From the NCBI GenBank assembly GCA_036785375.1, contig JAWMAR010000181.1, positions 1-64,000 of the forward strand: a stretch of DNA of 64,000 nt. Reading direction: 5' to 3'. Made by a program: the position numbers and the translations under genes. The notes under the pieces are model-generated. The model was not told the origin of the DNA. It did no database searches and worked only from the letters and a program-made list of their open reading frames with translations. This document shows, piece after piece, positions 24,800-36,289 of this stretch; the first letter of the stretch is position 1; each line of letters opens with the position of its first letter. This stretch comes from Leucoraja ocellata. Its lineage: Eukaryota.

Positions 24800-25545
24800 G
24801 ACATAGATACATAGAGAATAGGTGCAGGAGTAAGCCATTCAGCCTTTTGAGCCATTCAATGTGATCATCCCCGATCAGTACCCCGTTTCTGCATTCTCCC
24901 AATATCCCTTGATTCCACTAGCTCTATCTAACTCTTTTGAATGCATCCAGTGATTCGGCCTCCACTGCCTTCTGAGGCAGAGAATTTCCCTGGGTAAAAA
25001 AAGTGTTCCTCATCTCAGTTCTAAATGGCCTACCCCTTATTCTTAAACTGTGGCCCCTGGTTCTGGACTCCCCAAACATTGGGAACATGTTTCCTGCATC
25101 TACCCTGTCCAATCCCTTAATCTATATATTACTAAAAGTTTGATCTTGACCACTTCCTGATTTTCTGTTTCATGATTTTAGAAAAAAACGCTGCCACTTA
25201 CTCAGAGTCCCCCTCCGCTGCGCAGGACAAGATGATTCTTCCCTTTGGAAAGAAATTATCTTGCACCTTCCGGATTATTCTCAGAAATACCTGCCATTGC
25301 TGTTCCACCGTCATTCCTGCTCGGGTCCCTTTCTTTGGTCCAACTTTGGCCAGCTCCTCCCTCATGCACCCATAGTCCCCTTTGTTCAAGTGCAATACTT
25401 ATACTTCCAGTTTTACTTTCTCCCTCTCAAATTACAGATTAAAACTTATCATATTATGGTCACTACTTCCTAATGGTTCCTTTACCTTCAGTTCTCTTAT
25501 CAAATCCGGTTCATTACACATCAAATCCAGTTCATTACACATGTT
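24800..25545 (-). mobile_element. CR1 remnant: 3' end (24800-25120) and post-APE linker (25235-25545), joined through a Helitron 5' fragment
   Basis: ORF 24924..25112 is the ORF2 C-terminus. EPLGSSDHNMISF and LNKGDY..MREELAKV lie much further upstream in ORF2. Confidence 0.8.
25121..25232 (+). mobile_element. Helitron 5'-terminal fragment
   Basis: A|TCTATATATTACTAAAAGTTTGATCTTGACCACTTCCTG matches the 5' end at 38259. Confidence 0.7.
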
Positions 25546-25550
25546 TTGCA

Positions 25551-25624
25551 TGGGTCTGTGAATAATCCTAGTTGCCGACAGTCGCCTGAAAAATCGGCAA
25601 TTGGAACGGCGACTGTCAGAGTGG

Positions 25625-25710
<86 letters not shown>

Positions 25711-26265
25711 TCGCTTCCTTCACCAGCCCATTATGTAGCGGGGGGAGCGCTGTCTGAGTGAAATTCACACGGTGCAAAGCCAAGGTGATACAGGCACACA
25801 CCGCGATGAACAGGAAGGTTGGCGCTGTAATTAAGAAGCTAAAAAGCACAGTGTACGATACGTCCTTTAAAAGAGTGGGGGAGAAGGTGGAGTAGAGGAG
25901 GGGGAGAAGGGGGGAGAAGGAGTGGAGACAACTTTTAAGGAGCCAGATATACACGGCTGTGAAGCTCGGCGTACATTAACATTACCGGTCGGTTATCCTT
26001 GGTTCTGAAAACTACAGCTTATGTTTTTTGTTCCCAATGAGCCAATGAAATTCACCGCTCAGCACCGGCTACAAACTACTAGTACCTAAGAGAACCTCCT
26101 GACAACCCACTAGGACATCCTGAAGACCCACCTACGGCACGAGAACTCTCGCTGTTCTCCATGGCAGCTTCATTCTCATCGCACATGTTGAAACATTTGC
26201 GGCGACCATAATGAGGGCGCAACTAGTTCCCATTCTCCTGCAGTCGCCTAAGTGAGACAGGCCCA
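25551..26265. mobile_element. Harbinger/PIF-type non-autonomous element related to 46878-47679 (opposite orientation), containing (CA)n
   Basis: Right TIR CGCCTAAGTGAGACAGGCCCA; internal reverse-complement homology. Confidence 0.8.
25627..25703. repeat. (CA)n microsatellite
   Basis: Read directly from the sequence. Confidence 0.98.
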
Positions 26266-26454
26266 TTGGGCAGTTATAATCTTATTACATTTCTGTATAT
26301 TCAGCCATATTCAATGGGTTGAATCATGTTGAAATGAATGGACAAAACATGGGTCTGCTCCACAATGGGCACATGATGATCATTCCCCCTTGTTCTGCTC
26401 AATGTTCAACCCAAGTGATGCATAAAGCACTGGGGCTGCACAGCGGAAGGGGAG

Positions 26455-26770
26455 CAGCACACTGGCACAACTAATAGTGGTTGTTGCCTTGCAATGCTGA
26501 CCTTAGCTGCTGTCTATGTGGAGTTCACATGGTTTCCCTGTGACTCCATGGGTTCCCCCAGATTCCTCCAACATTTGCAAAAATATCATGGTTTGGTAAA
26601 TCAATTGGCCATTGTAATTTAGCCCTAGTATGTGGATGAGAGTGGAATCTGGGGAGAGGGGTGTTGAGTACAATGATGGCTATGCACGGAGAAGAGGTTA
26701 CAGGGAATATTGGTGGAGAATGGAATTATTCTGTGAACCAGCATGGGCTCAATGGGTCAAAATGGCTCTT
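26455..26770 (+). mobile_element. Diverged V-SINE
   Basis: GCTGTCTATGTGGAGTTCACATGGTTTCCCTGTGACTCCATGGGTT core; CR1-like 3' end. Confidence 0.65.
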
Positions 26771-27499
26771 TTCGTGTCAAAAGAAAATATGGAAACGATT
26801 AGTCTGGGCGTTTTCAATAAATGACATCTTGAGAACAGACCAGACCAAGCATCTTGTGACATAATTCAACAATATTTGCAGTTCTACTCACAACAGGAAA
26901 TATGCGTTTAATCTAGAGAGGGGACAAAAGATTCACAAGGATTCCTGGATGGGGGGTGGGGGTTGAGTTGGTTTTACCTGGTGCAATGAAGACTGAGAAT
27001 GACACGATGGAGGTATATAAATTTATGGGAGGCAGAGATATGGTAGATAGCCAGAGTCCGTTTCTCATGGCAGAGATTCTTCAAACAAGGTTTAAGGCAT
27101 GAGGGAGGAAAATTAAAGAGTATAGAGGGGCAAATTCTTTGAACAATGAATAGTTGGTATCCCGTATATGCTTCCAGAGATGGTGATGAAGGCAGCACCA
27201 GTAACAACATTTACGAGACTTCCAATTGTATTATATGAACAAGGCATCGAAGAATATGGAATTAATGTGGGCCAGTGTTAATTTAGTTTAGTTTAATTTA
27301 ATTTATTTTAGTTTAGTTTAAAGGGCCTGTGGCCACACCGTATCTCCAAACTAAAACTAAGATACAATGTGGAAACAGGCCCCTCAACCCACCGAGTCCA
27401 TGACGACCAACAATCACATGGGCTGTCCATTCTAGTTCCATCTAGTTCCATCTTGCCATTTACCTAGAACAATTTACAGACACCAATTAACTTATCATC

Positions 27500-27763
27500 T
27501 CGACGAGGGGGCCAGAACATCTGTAGCAGCGACTGCGGAGGGTTCAAGGCCCCGACCACGGGTGAACAATGGAGGAAGATGACTGAGCTTCATTGCCTTC
27601 CATCACAGTGAAGAATGCTGATTCCACTGTGGTGGATGTTTATGTTAAATTCTATTGTGTATTGTGTTATTTTTTTATTGTATGGCTGTATGGTAACTCA
27701 AATATCATTGTGTCTTAATTGGTTCATGTGACAATAAATGTGAATATGAACTTGAACTTGAAC
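27500..27763 (+). mobile_element. 3' part of a GC-rich retroposon relative
   Basis: TTGCCTTCCATCACAGTG...CACTGTGGTGGATG hairpin; GTGACAATAAA with (CTTGAA)n tail. Confidence 0.7.
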
Positions 27764-27887
27764 ATACAAACCAACATGTCCTTGGAATGTGGGAGGTGCA
27801 CCCAGAGAAAATCCAGGCGGTTACGGGGAGAATAGACAAACTCTTTAATAACAGCACCCGTAGCCAGGATTGAACCCAGGTCTCTGG

Positions 27888-28509
27888 TATAGGAGCAGGG
27901 AGGTTCTACTGCAGTTGTACAGGGTCTTGGTGAGACCACACCTGGAGTATTGCATACAGTTTTGGTCTCCAAATCTGAGGAAGGAAATTATTGCCATAGA
28001 GGGAGTGCAGAGACGGTTCACCAGACTGATTCCTGGGATGTCAGGACTGTCTTATGAAGAAAGACTGGATAGACTTGGTTTATACTCTCTAGAATTTAGG
28101 AGATTGAGAGGGGATCTTATAGAAACTTACAAAATTCTTAAGGGATTGGACAGGCTAGATGCAGGAAGATTGTTCTAGCTGTTGGGGAAGTCCAGGACAA
28201 GGGGTCACAGCTTAAGGATAAGGGGGAAATCCTTTAAAACCGAGATGAGAAGAACTTTTTTCACACAGAGAGTGGTGAATCTCTGGAACTCTCTGCCACA
28301 GAGGGTAGTTGAGGCCAGTTCATTGGCTATATTTAAGAGGGAGTTAGATGTGGCCCTTCTGGCTAAGGGGATCAGGGGGTATGGAGAGAAGGCAGGTATG
28401 GGATACTGAGTTGGATGATCAGCCATGATCATATTGAATGGCGGTGCGGGCTCGAAGGGCCGAATGGCCTACTCCTGCACCTAATTTCTATGTTTCTATG
28501 TTTCTATGT
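27888..28509 (+). mobile_element. CR1 LINE 3' fragment
   Basis: ORFs 27870..28178 and 28182..28409; (TTTCTATG)n tail. Confidence 0.95.
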
Positions 28510-29086
28510 ACTGTAAGGCAGAAACTCTACCACTGTGCTGCTCTAAACCCAGTGAGATTAGTATAGATAGATATGTCTAATAGTCAGCATTGCACAGTAG
28601 GCTAAGGAACAGTTTATATGCTGTACATCCCTGACTCTGTAACCTGCAAATGAAGTGATGTTAATATTATATGAGCGTGGCAGTTTATTTCTCTCCGGAG
28701 GCAGGAGTTCTTTTTCTTTTGCCACTGAAACTTCATGACTCGACTTCAATGTGAAGAAATACAACAACTATGCAGTATGAAAGAAAATACATTGGAAGTC
28801 CCCATGCTAAGCAATTGCATTCTTTTCTCAACAGAAATTAGGAAACATAGAAATATAGGAGGGCTGTCTTGACCTTTAAGCCTGTTTCAGCATTCAATGC
28901 AACATACAATATTGTATGTTAATGCAATATCCCTGTGCTCTCCCTAAACCACGGACTTCCTCCACTGACTTCTGTTCCAGAGAATTCTATTCATTTACAA
29001 ACCTCTGGGTGAGATATTTCTCCTTATCCCAGTCCTAACTGTCTTAATCCATCCTAGCAAATTGAGACCATCAGTAGAAACATCCT

Positions 29087-29497
29087 GTTCAAGAAGGAAC
29101 TGCAGATGCTGGAAAATCGAAGGTACACAAAAATGCTGGAGAAACTCAGCGGGTGCAGCAGCATCTATGGAGCGAAGGAAATAGGTAACGTTTCGTGCCG
29201 AAACCCTTCTTCAGACTGATAGGGGGTGGGGGCAGGGGGTGGGGGAAAGGAAGAAAAAAGGAGGAGGAGGAGCCCAAGGACTGGGGGATGGGATGAGACA
29301 GCCTGAGGGCTGAGGAAGGGGAGGAGACAGCAAGGGCTAACAAAATTGGGAGAATTCAATGTTCATGCCCGCAGGATGCAGACTCCCCAAGCGGAATATG
29401 AGGTGCTGTTCCTCCAATTTCCAGTGTTGCTCACTCTGGCAATGGAGGAGACCCAGGACAGAGAGGTCGGATTGGGAATGGGAGGTGGAGTTGAAGT
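29087..29497 (-). mobile_element. Penelope-like element 3' fragment (GIY-YIG C-terminus + terminal repeat), 13-bp TSD
   Basis: HFNSTSHSQSDLSVLGLLHCQSEQHWKLEEQHLIFRLGSLHPAGMNIEF; TSD GTAGAAACATCCT at 29074-29086 and 29498-29510. Confidence 0.9.
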
Positions 29498-29914
29498 GTA
29501 GAAACATCCTCCCTGGATCCAATCTTTCCAGCTCTGTGTGAAATGCGTACACATCCATATGATCCCCTCTCATTCTTCTAAACTATACTGTATGAAGGCC
29601 TAGTCAAACCTGCCTCTCCTCATACAGAAGTCCTTCCATCTCAGGGATCAGTCTTGTGAACTTGCATAGCAATTGTATCCTTTCTTGGGCGAGGAGACCA
29701 ACATTGCACACAATACTCCAGCCTCTATATAATTGCTACGAGACACCCTTTCTCCTGTACTCAAACCCCTTACAATGAAGGCCAACATACATTATTTTAG
29801 TTCTGACAAAAGGTCTTGGACCTGATATATTAACTCTATGTCGCTTTCCACAGATGCTGCCTGATATACTGACCAGCATTTTCTGTTTTATACCATGCTA
29901 CCCACCATCTGCAG

Positions 29915-30140
29915 GCTGGGGGCTTTGACTTTGACATCGGGAGGAGAATGGGGAGAGATAAGACTTTGCCTTCCATCACAGTGAGGAGGAGATTCGCTGT
30001 GATGGATGTTTGTGTAAATTGTGTTGTGTCTTGGTTCTTCTACTTGTTTGTACGACTGCAGAAACCAAATTTCGTTTGAACCTCAATGGGAATGACAACA
30101 ACTCAAATGACAACAAATAAATTGTATTGTATTGTATTGT
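29915..30140 (+). mobile_element. GC-rich retroposon 3' fragment
   Basis: TCCATCACAGTGA/TCGCTGTGATGGA hairpin; (TTGTA)n tail. Confidence 0.75.
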
Positions 30141-31959
30141 ATCTGCATGTTTGCTCCCAGTGATGGCGAGCCATTTTGTTTTACTGCCCAATCCGATTGG
30201 GATTTATATGTTGCAAAAAAGAGCAACAAAAAACTACAGATGCTGAAAATCAGCAATAAAATCAGAAAATACTGGAAATACAAAGCAAGGCATACTACAT
30301 CCATGGAGCGAGACACAGAGAGAGAGAGATTTAATATCTGTTTCTTTCCCAATGTCTTCTCTGTCCTACTGATTATTTCCAGCATTTTCTGGTTTTATTT
30401 TGAATTGATCGGGTTTTTTTTGCTCATTATTTCTCTCGCAAATTTCGTCCTTCTCCATTTCCTTCATTGCCAATGCTAATGGCTCCTATGACTTCTGCTT
30501 TACCTCTGCAAGCTCCATACACGTCAGCCCAGCTCTTTAAATGCACAATTAACTGCTTTGTGTCTCTCAGCTTATTTTATTCTGTCAGACTGAAGCGTTC
30601 ACTTATCGGTTCTTTATTTATTCTCGTCTTTGTACATACTCTCAAGCACTTAAAGTGACTCTGACGAATGAAATAACATAGATTGAAATCCTTTCACTTT
30701 TTCTCACATTTGTTCATTCTTTCCTCCACTTTGCCAAAAACGAATAGGCTAATGGGAAGATGCCACAGGATTTCGGGAGCAGAACACATTACTCAGCAAA
30801 GGTCTGTAATTTATGCAAGAAAGTCAGCAGTTCCATGTCAGGCAGCTGGCATTTACCTCCATAGTTGGGACTTCTATGCAATCGCCCACAAAGGCAGTAT
30901 TTGCAAAAACCGAGGCTGATATTCAGCCCAACATGCTCTGGCACAAAATCCATGGGATCCAATGGAGAACTGCGACTTTCCTGTGGTTTCCCAGCAGTAA
31001 CTCTATAAAATCAACCCAGTGAATGAACACAGATTCAGTGACTCCATTAATCTCACTGGATGCATTGGTTTGAGGGAGAGTGGTATGTTTCTGGTAATAA
31101 GCATTTTTTTTGTACATAATGTTAATTTAAAGGTTCAATTGCTTTATTTTAGATTTCTCAATAATGTTTAATAAATACCAAAAGTATGTGTAATTTTTTA
31201 ACAATTTTTCAGCATGAATATCAGGAGGTCAGATATTCTAGCTATTTGACAGCTTTGGCAAATGGTTCACCTTGACTGTGCAGCTGTCAGGCCCCAACCA
31301 TGGAAAAGTCCCGCACTGCACAGGTCCTTGATGGACTAATGCGAACAACCTTCATAAGATCAGTCTGGGGCTTGTTGGTCAATGACCAGGTGACTGGAGG
31401 CCAGAGGGTCAGAAGTCCCTCATCATTAAGTTTGTCATATGCACCAATTCAGAAGTTGTTGACATGAAGCCAAGGAAAACACCAAAATACCAATGTTACT
31501 TAATTCATATTACATGTTTAAACTGATAAAACATCTGGAATTATGAAGGATATTTTGCTGAAAACAGGAAACTATTATTAAAAAAAGCTGGACTATATTT
31601 TCAGATAGATCGGGCCATGCCTCTGTGAGGACAGTGGTTCCAAAGGAAACCACCAACCATCTTCCCACTCTGCTGTTAAACACATCTTCATCCTTTCCCT
31701 CGTCTACTCCATTGAGTCTATTGGTAGCTCCAAACTGTACTAAAGCAAGGAGCTAGATGTGTTTCCGATCTCACACCTCAGCTAGGCCTATCATGGCCCT
31801 ATTCATATAGTGAGGCATTAGCACTGAAACAAGCTCTTTGGCCCAGCCCGCCCATGCTGATCAAGACGCCCGATCTAAGTTAGTCCTGTTTGGTCCATAT
31901 CCCTCGAAACCTTTCCCATCATTTAGAGCAGAAATTGAATTTAATTTAGAGCAGAAATG

Positions 31960-32185
31960 GACTGGTGAGTCTGTGGAATTCTCTGCCTCAGAGGGCAATG
32001 GAGGCAGGTTCTCTGGATGCTTTCAAGAGAGAGCTAGATAGGGCTCTTAAAACTAGCGGAGTCAGGGGATATGGGGAGAAGGCAGGAACGGGGTACTGAT
32101 TGGGGATGATCAGCCATGATCACATAGAATGGCGGTGCTGGCTCGAAGGGCCGAATGGCCTACTCCTGCACCTATTGTCTATTGT
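31960..32185 (+). mobile_element. CR1 3' end with (CTATTGT)n tail
   Basis: 3'UTR ...GAAGGGCCGAATGGCCTACTCCTGCACCTATTGTCTATTGT. Confidence 0.9.
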
Positions 32186-32380
32186 CAATTGAAGTGAAGA
32201 ATGAATTGCAGAAAGTTGTGAATGTAGCCCTCTCCATTACAGCAACCAGCCTCCCCTTTCACCAATCCCAGCTATGCTTCACATTGCCTTTGGAAAACTT
32301 TATCAAGGACCTCCCACACTGCAGTCACTTTCTCTTCTCTCCTCTCTCATTGGGCGGTAGATATAAAAGCTCGAAAGCGT

Positions 32381-32852
32381 AGAAACATAGAAACATAGAA
32401 AATAGGTGCAGGAGTAGGCCATTCGGCCCTTCGAGCCTGCACCGCCATTCAACATGATCATGACTGATCATCCAACTCAGTATCCTGTACCTTGTATCCT
32501 CTCCATACCCCCTGATACCTTTAGCAACAAGGGCCTCATCTAACTCCCTCTTAAATATAGCCAATGAACTGGCCTCAACTACCTTCTGTGGCAGAGAATT
32601 CCACAGATTCACCACTCTCTGTGTGAAAAATGTTTTTCTCATCTCGGTCCTAAAAGACTTCCACCTTATCCTTAAACTGTGACCCCTTGTTCTGGACTTC
32701 CCCAACATCGGGAACAATCTTCCTGCATCTAGCCTATCCAACCCCTTAAGAAGTTTGTAAGTTTCTATAAGATCCCCCCTCAATCTTCTAAATTCTAGCG
32801 AGTACAAGCCGAGTCTATCCAGTCTTTCTTCATATGCAAGTCCTGACATCCA
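32381..32852 (-). mobile_element. CR1 3' fragment nested in an old Rex1 3' fragment (about 32200-33135, +)
   Basis: ORF 32325..32858; the flanks read as continuous Rex1 (IKDLPH..H.LFSPL..G.RY.S). Confidence 0.9.
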
Positions 32853-33219
32853 AACCATGTGTTACAAGATTTAAGGACACATTTTCCCTGCTGTTATCAG
32901 ATTCTTGAATAAACCCTATCACATGTTGTCCTGTTCTTCCAATCTACCTCGTTGCAGATTTCACTTTCTTTCATCATCATTTTCTCTGTAGTTGTAAGAC
33001 AATATTCTCCACTCTGTTTATTTTTTTTCACTCCCTGTTGTACTCATATATGGTAAGATTTGCTTACAAACATACAAAACAAATATTCTCACTGTATTTC
33101 AGAATAGGTGACAATGATAAACCAATACCAATACAAGAGATAATGCATAAGAAACAAAGCTAAGTATATGACGTACTTTTTAAAAATAGCCAAATTCTTC
33201 AATTTGGTTAAAGACATTT

Positions 33220-34495
33220 ATTTTTGGATAGTAGATTAGCTGACTGGCAGAAGGCAAAGAATGAAAATAAATGGGGCCTTTTCTGGTTGGCTGCCAGCGT
33301 TCAGCATGGGTCAGTACTGGGTCCACTATTTTTCACGTTATATGCTAATGATCTGGATGATGAAATTGATAGCTTTGTGGCCACGTTTGCGGATGATACG
33401 AAGATAGGTGGAGGGGCAGATAGTGAGGAAGTAGAGGATCTGCAGTAAGACTTGGACAGGTTGGGAGTGTGGGCAATGAAGTGGCAGATGGAATGCAGCA
33501 GAGCAAAGTGTATGGTCATGCACTTTGGTAAGAGGAATAAGGGTGGGGTCACCAATGTAGTGCATGGGTCTCAAAAGGAAGCGCGAAGTCCAGTGTTTTG
33601 AGAGGCACCTTTTATTATGTTCCTCCCAGTTGTAGGGAAGACCAAACGAGAGGAAGATGGTACCCAAACCCCTGCCTTTAAAGCCTCCGGCTAAGGGCCG
33701 CGTCCGGACTGAACCACTCCTGTGCCGAGGGGTTCGACACTATGATGGCACGACCCTTGGGAGCCGCCACAGTAGACTATTTTCTAAACAGGGCCATGAT
33801 TTGGAAAACAAAGTTGGTGTGGGATTCCCAAAGTATTAATTTGCAGGTTGAGTCAGTAGCAAGGAAGGCAAATGCAATATTAGATTTTATTTAGAGGGGA
33901 ATATAATATAACTGCAAGGGTGTAATGCTCAGGCTCTATAAGGTGTTGGTCAGGCCCACATTTGGAATATGGTGAACAGTTGTAGGGCCCATATCTGAGG
34001 AGGGATATGCTGGCATTTGAGAATATCCTGAGACGGGTTATGAGGATCATCCTGGGATTGATTAGGTTAATGTAAGAAGAACGTTTGAAGGCACTGGGCC
34101 TGTACTCGCTGGAGTTTAGAAGGATGAGGGGAGATCTCATTGAAACCTATTGAATAACTAATGTGGTGAGGGTGTTTTCACTAATGGGAAGTCCAGGACT
34201 AGAGGGCACAGCCTCAGAATAAAAGGATGCACTTTAAGAATGGAGATGAAGAGGATTTGCTTTGGCCAGACAGTGGTGAATTAGTGGAATTCATTCCCTC
34301 AGACGATGGTGGAGGCCACGTCATTGGGCATTTTTAAAGCAAAGATTAATAGTTTCTTAATTAGTAACAGTGTCAAAGATTACGGGAAGGAGGCAGGAGA
34401 ACAGGGTTGAGAATGAAAAATAGTTTAGAGCTGATCAAATGGCTGAGCAGACTTGATGGGCTGAATGGCTTAATTTACTCTTATGTCTTATGGTC
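33220..34495 (+). mobile_element. Older CR1 ORF2/3'UTR fragment, interrupted by an LTR
   Basis: QHGSVLGPLFFTLYANDL...FADDTKIGG; continues after 33772 to the 3'UTR. Confidence 0.85.
33545..33771 (-). mobile_element. Gypsy-type LTR (216 bp, TGT...ACA) followed by a tRNA-Trp primer-binding site
   Basis: Minus strand TGTGGCGG...AATAAA...CACTACA, 1-nt spacer, then TGGTGACCCC, complementary to the 3' end of tRNA-Trp (GGGGUCACCA). Confidence 0.8.
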
Positions 34496-35631
34496 TTTTA
34501 CAGCATATTCAGTTAGCAATCTGATAGAGTCATTCATCACTAGTGACTAGACTGCACTACCACCAGATGTTATACCTCCACCATAGGATGAAGTAACTGA
34601 ATGCCACAAACTATGATGCTTTTACTCGAAAAACAGGCTTATTCAGTTTTCATCTTCAAAAATGTCAAACTGCTTGAAATTTCTTATTCCAGTGCATTAG
34701 ATATCTAGAATAGCAAATGTACCATATAATAGATGCAGACGCACGAACCAATTATAACTCGGGTTGATACTGATAATATAGATATTTTCCTTTTTTCCCT
34801 GGCATTAAAAATAACAAACATGTGTGCGGATGATTTTGAATATTAATTTTAGAGAAAGTACCAGGAAATTTGCTGAAGCAAACACAACATTTTCATGCAA
34901 GTTCATCATCTCTTTGCTCATGGCTGAAGCAGCACGTATACATTGTGTCTGGCCTTTGCAGAAGTGGAATTTGTGTCAGAGATGTCTCCACCATATTTGT
35001 ATCAAACACAGGATGAGATGATTTGGTCCACAGTTTGAGCCGCTCATCACATTTACACACAGAGTTTGATTTGTCACTTATGCACTGAGCAGGTTGCTCA
35101 TATGCCGCTTGGATCTGCTCACAGCCACACACATTCTCTGAAGCTGGTGCAAAGCTGGGGCTTTGCTGTTGAGCCTTGAATAAGTTCCTTATTTTGGGCC
35201 GTGTTTTCTATCCAGGCTTTATTCCATTTGACCTCACTGCTGAAATTTAACAAGGCAGGGCCAAACGCATGCATGAAAACATCAAAATCTGTCAGCTGCT
35301 GTCAGTGATTTGCCAGTAGCAGCCAATTACATCGATACTGCGACTCAGTATGCGAGCAGAAACCTGGGCAAATTGTCCAAAGTTGCAAAAGAAGAGATGC
35401 AAGTGGCTTTGGTCTGTTGTTTTGAAAAGAAAGCAGTGAATGTGGGAGCCTCAGGTAAGTTGTTCATAAACGTACAATGATTTTGGGGTAAATTCCTTGT
35501 ATGAAACTACTCCCAGGCCTTCAAAAAATGTATTTTAATTGATTGTCAATTATTTTTATTTTAAGATTTAAGTTTGAACGTTTTAAGTGACTTCAATTAT
35601 TTTAGTATTGTTTTGTTGTAGAAGTCCTTTA

Positions 35632-36270
35632 GTCCTCCAGTTTGATGACCTGGAAAAGATCATCCACACATTCATCTCCTCCCGCCTAGATTACTGCAAC
35701 TCCCTTTACACTGGCATCAGCCAATCTTCCCTGTCCCGCCTGCAACTGGTCCAAAACGCCGCAGCGAGACTCCTGACGGGCACCCGAAAAAGGGACCACA
35801 TCACCCCGATCCTGGCCTCTCTCCACTGGCTCCCTGTGCGGTTCCGTATAAACTTCAAGATCCTCCTTCATGTCTACAAAGCCCCCAATGGGCTTTCCCC
35901 CACCTACATAAAAAGTCTTCTCACCCACCACTCCACCTCCAGGCCCCTCAGATCGGCCGACTTGGGGTTGCTGAATATCCCGCGGTCTAGGCATAGGCTT
36001 AGGGGCGACCGCGCCTTTGCGGTTGCAGCCCCTAGACTGTGAAACAGCATCCCACTTCCCATCAGAACTGCCCCCTCCATCGACTCTTTTAAGTCAAGAC
36101 TAAAGACTTATCTATACTCCCAAGCCTTTCCTGATGTCCTCTGAGTGAGGGCTACATGTATATATGTATGTAGTTTGTTTTGTTGTGCTATTCTTATAAC
36201 AAATGTAAAGCACTTTGGCCAACGAGAGTTGTTTTTTAAATGTGCTATATAAATAAATGTGACTTGACTT
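35632..36270 (+). mobile_element. L2-clade LINE 3' fragment
   Basis: SRLDYCNSL...LQLVQNAAARLLT...HITPILASLHWLPVRFRINFK; 3' end GTAAAGCACTTTG...TGCTATATAAATAAA(TGACT)n. Confidence 0.92.
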
Positions 36271-36289
36271 TAGAGTTATAGATTCATAA

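Larger units (their letters stand above)
27350..28540 (-). mobile_element. V-SINE split by two insertions (27500-27763 and 27888-28509)
   Basis: Pieces at about 27350-27500 (3' part), 27764-27887 (V-core and B box GGATTGAACC) and 28510-28540 (A-box side). Confidence 0.75.

Noticed and set aside
25432-25954. Cys/Val- and His/Thr-repeat ORFs
   Set aside because: Translations of the (CA)n microsatellite.
35187-35197. CArG box (CCTTATTTTGG)
   Set aside because: Seven rather than six A/T bases between CC and GG, so non-canonical.
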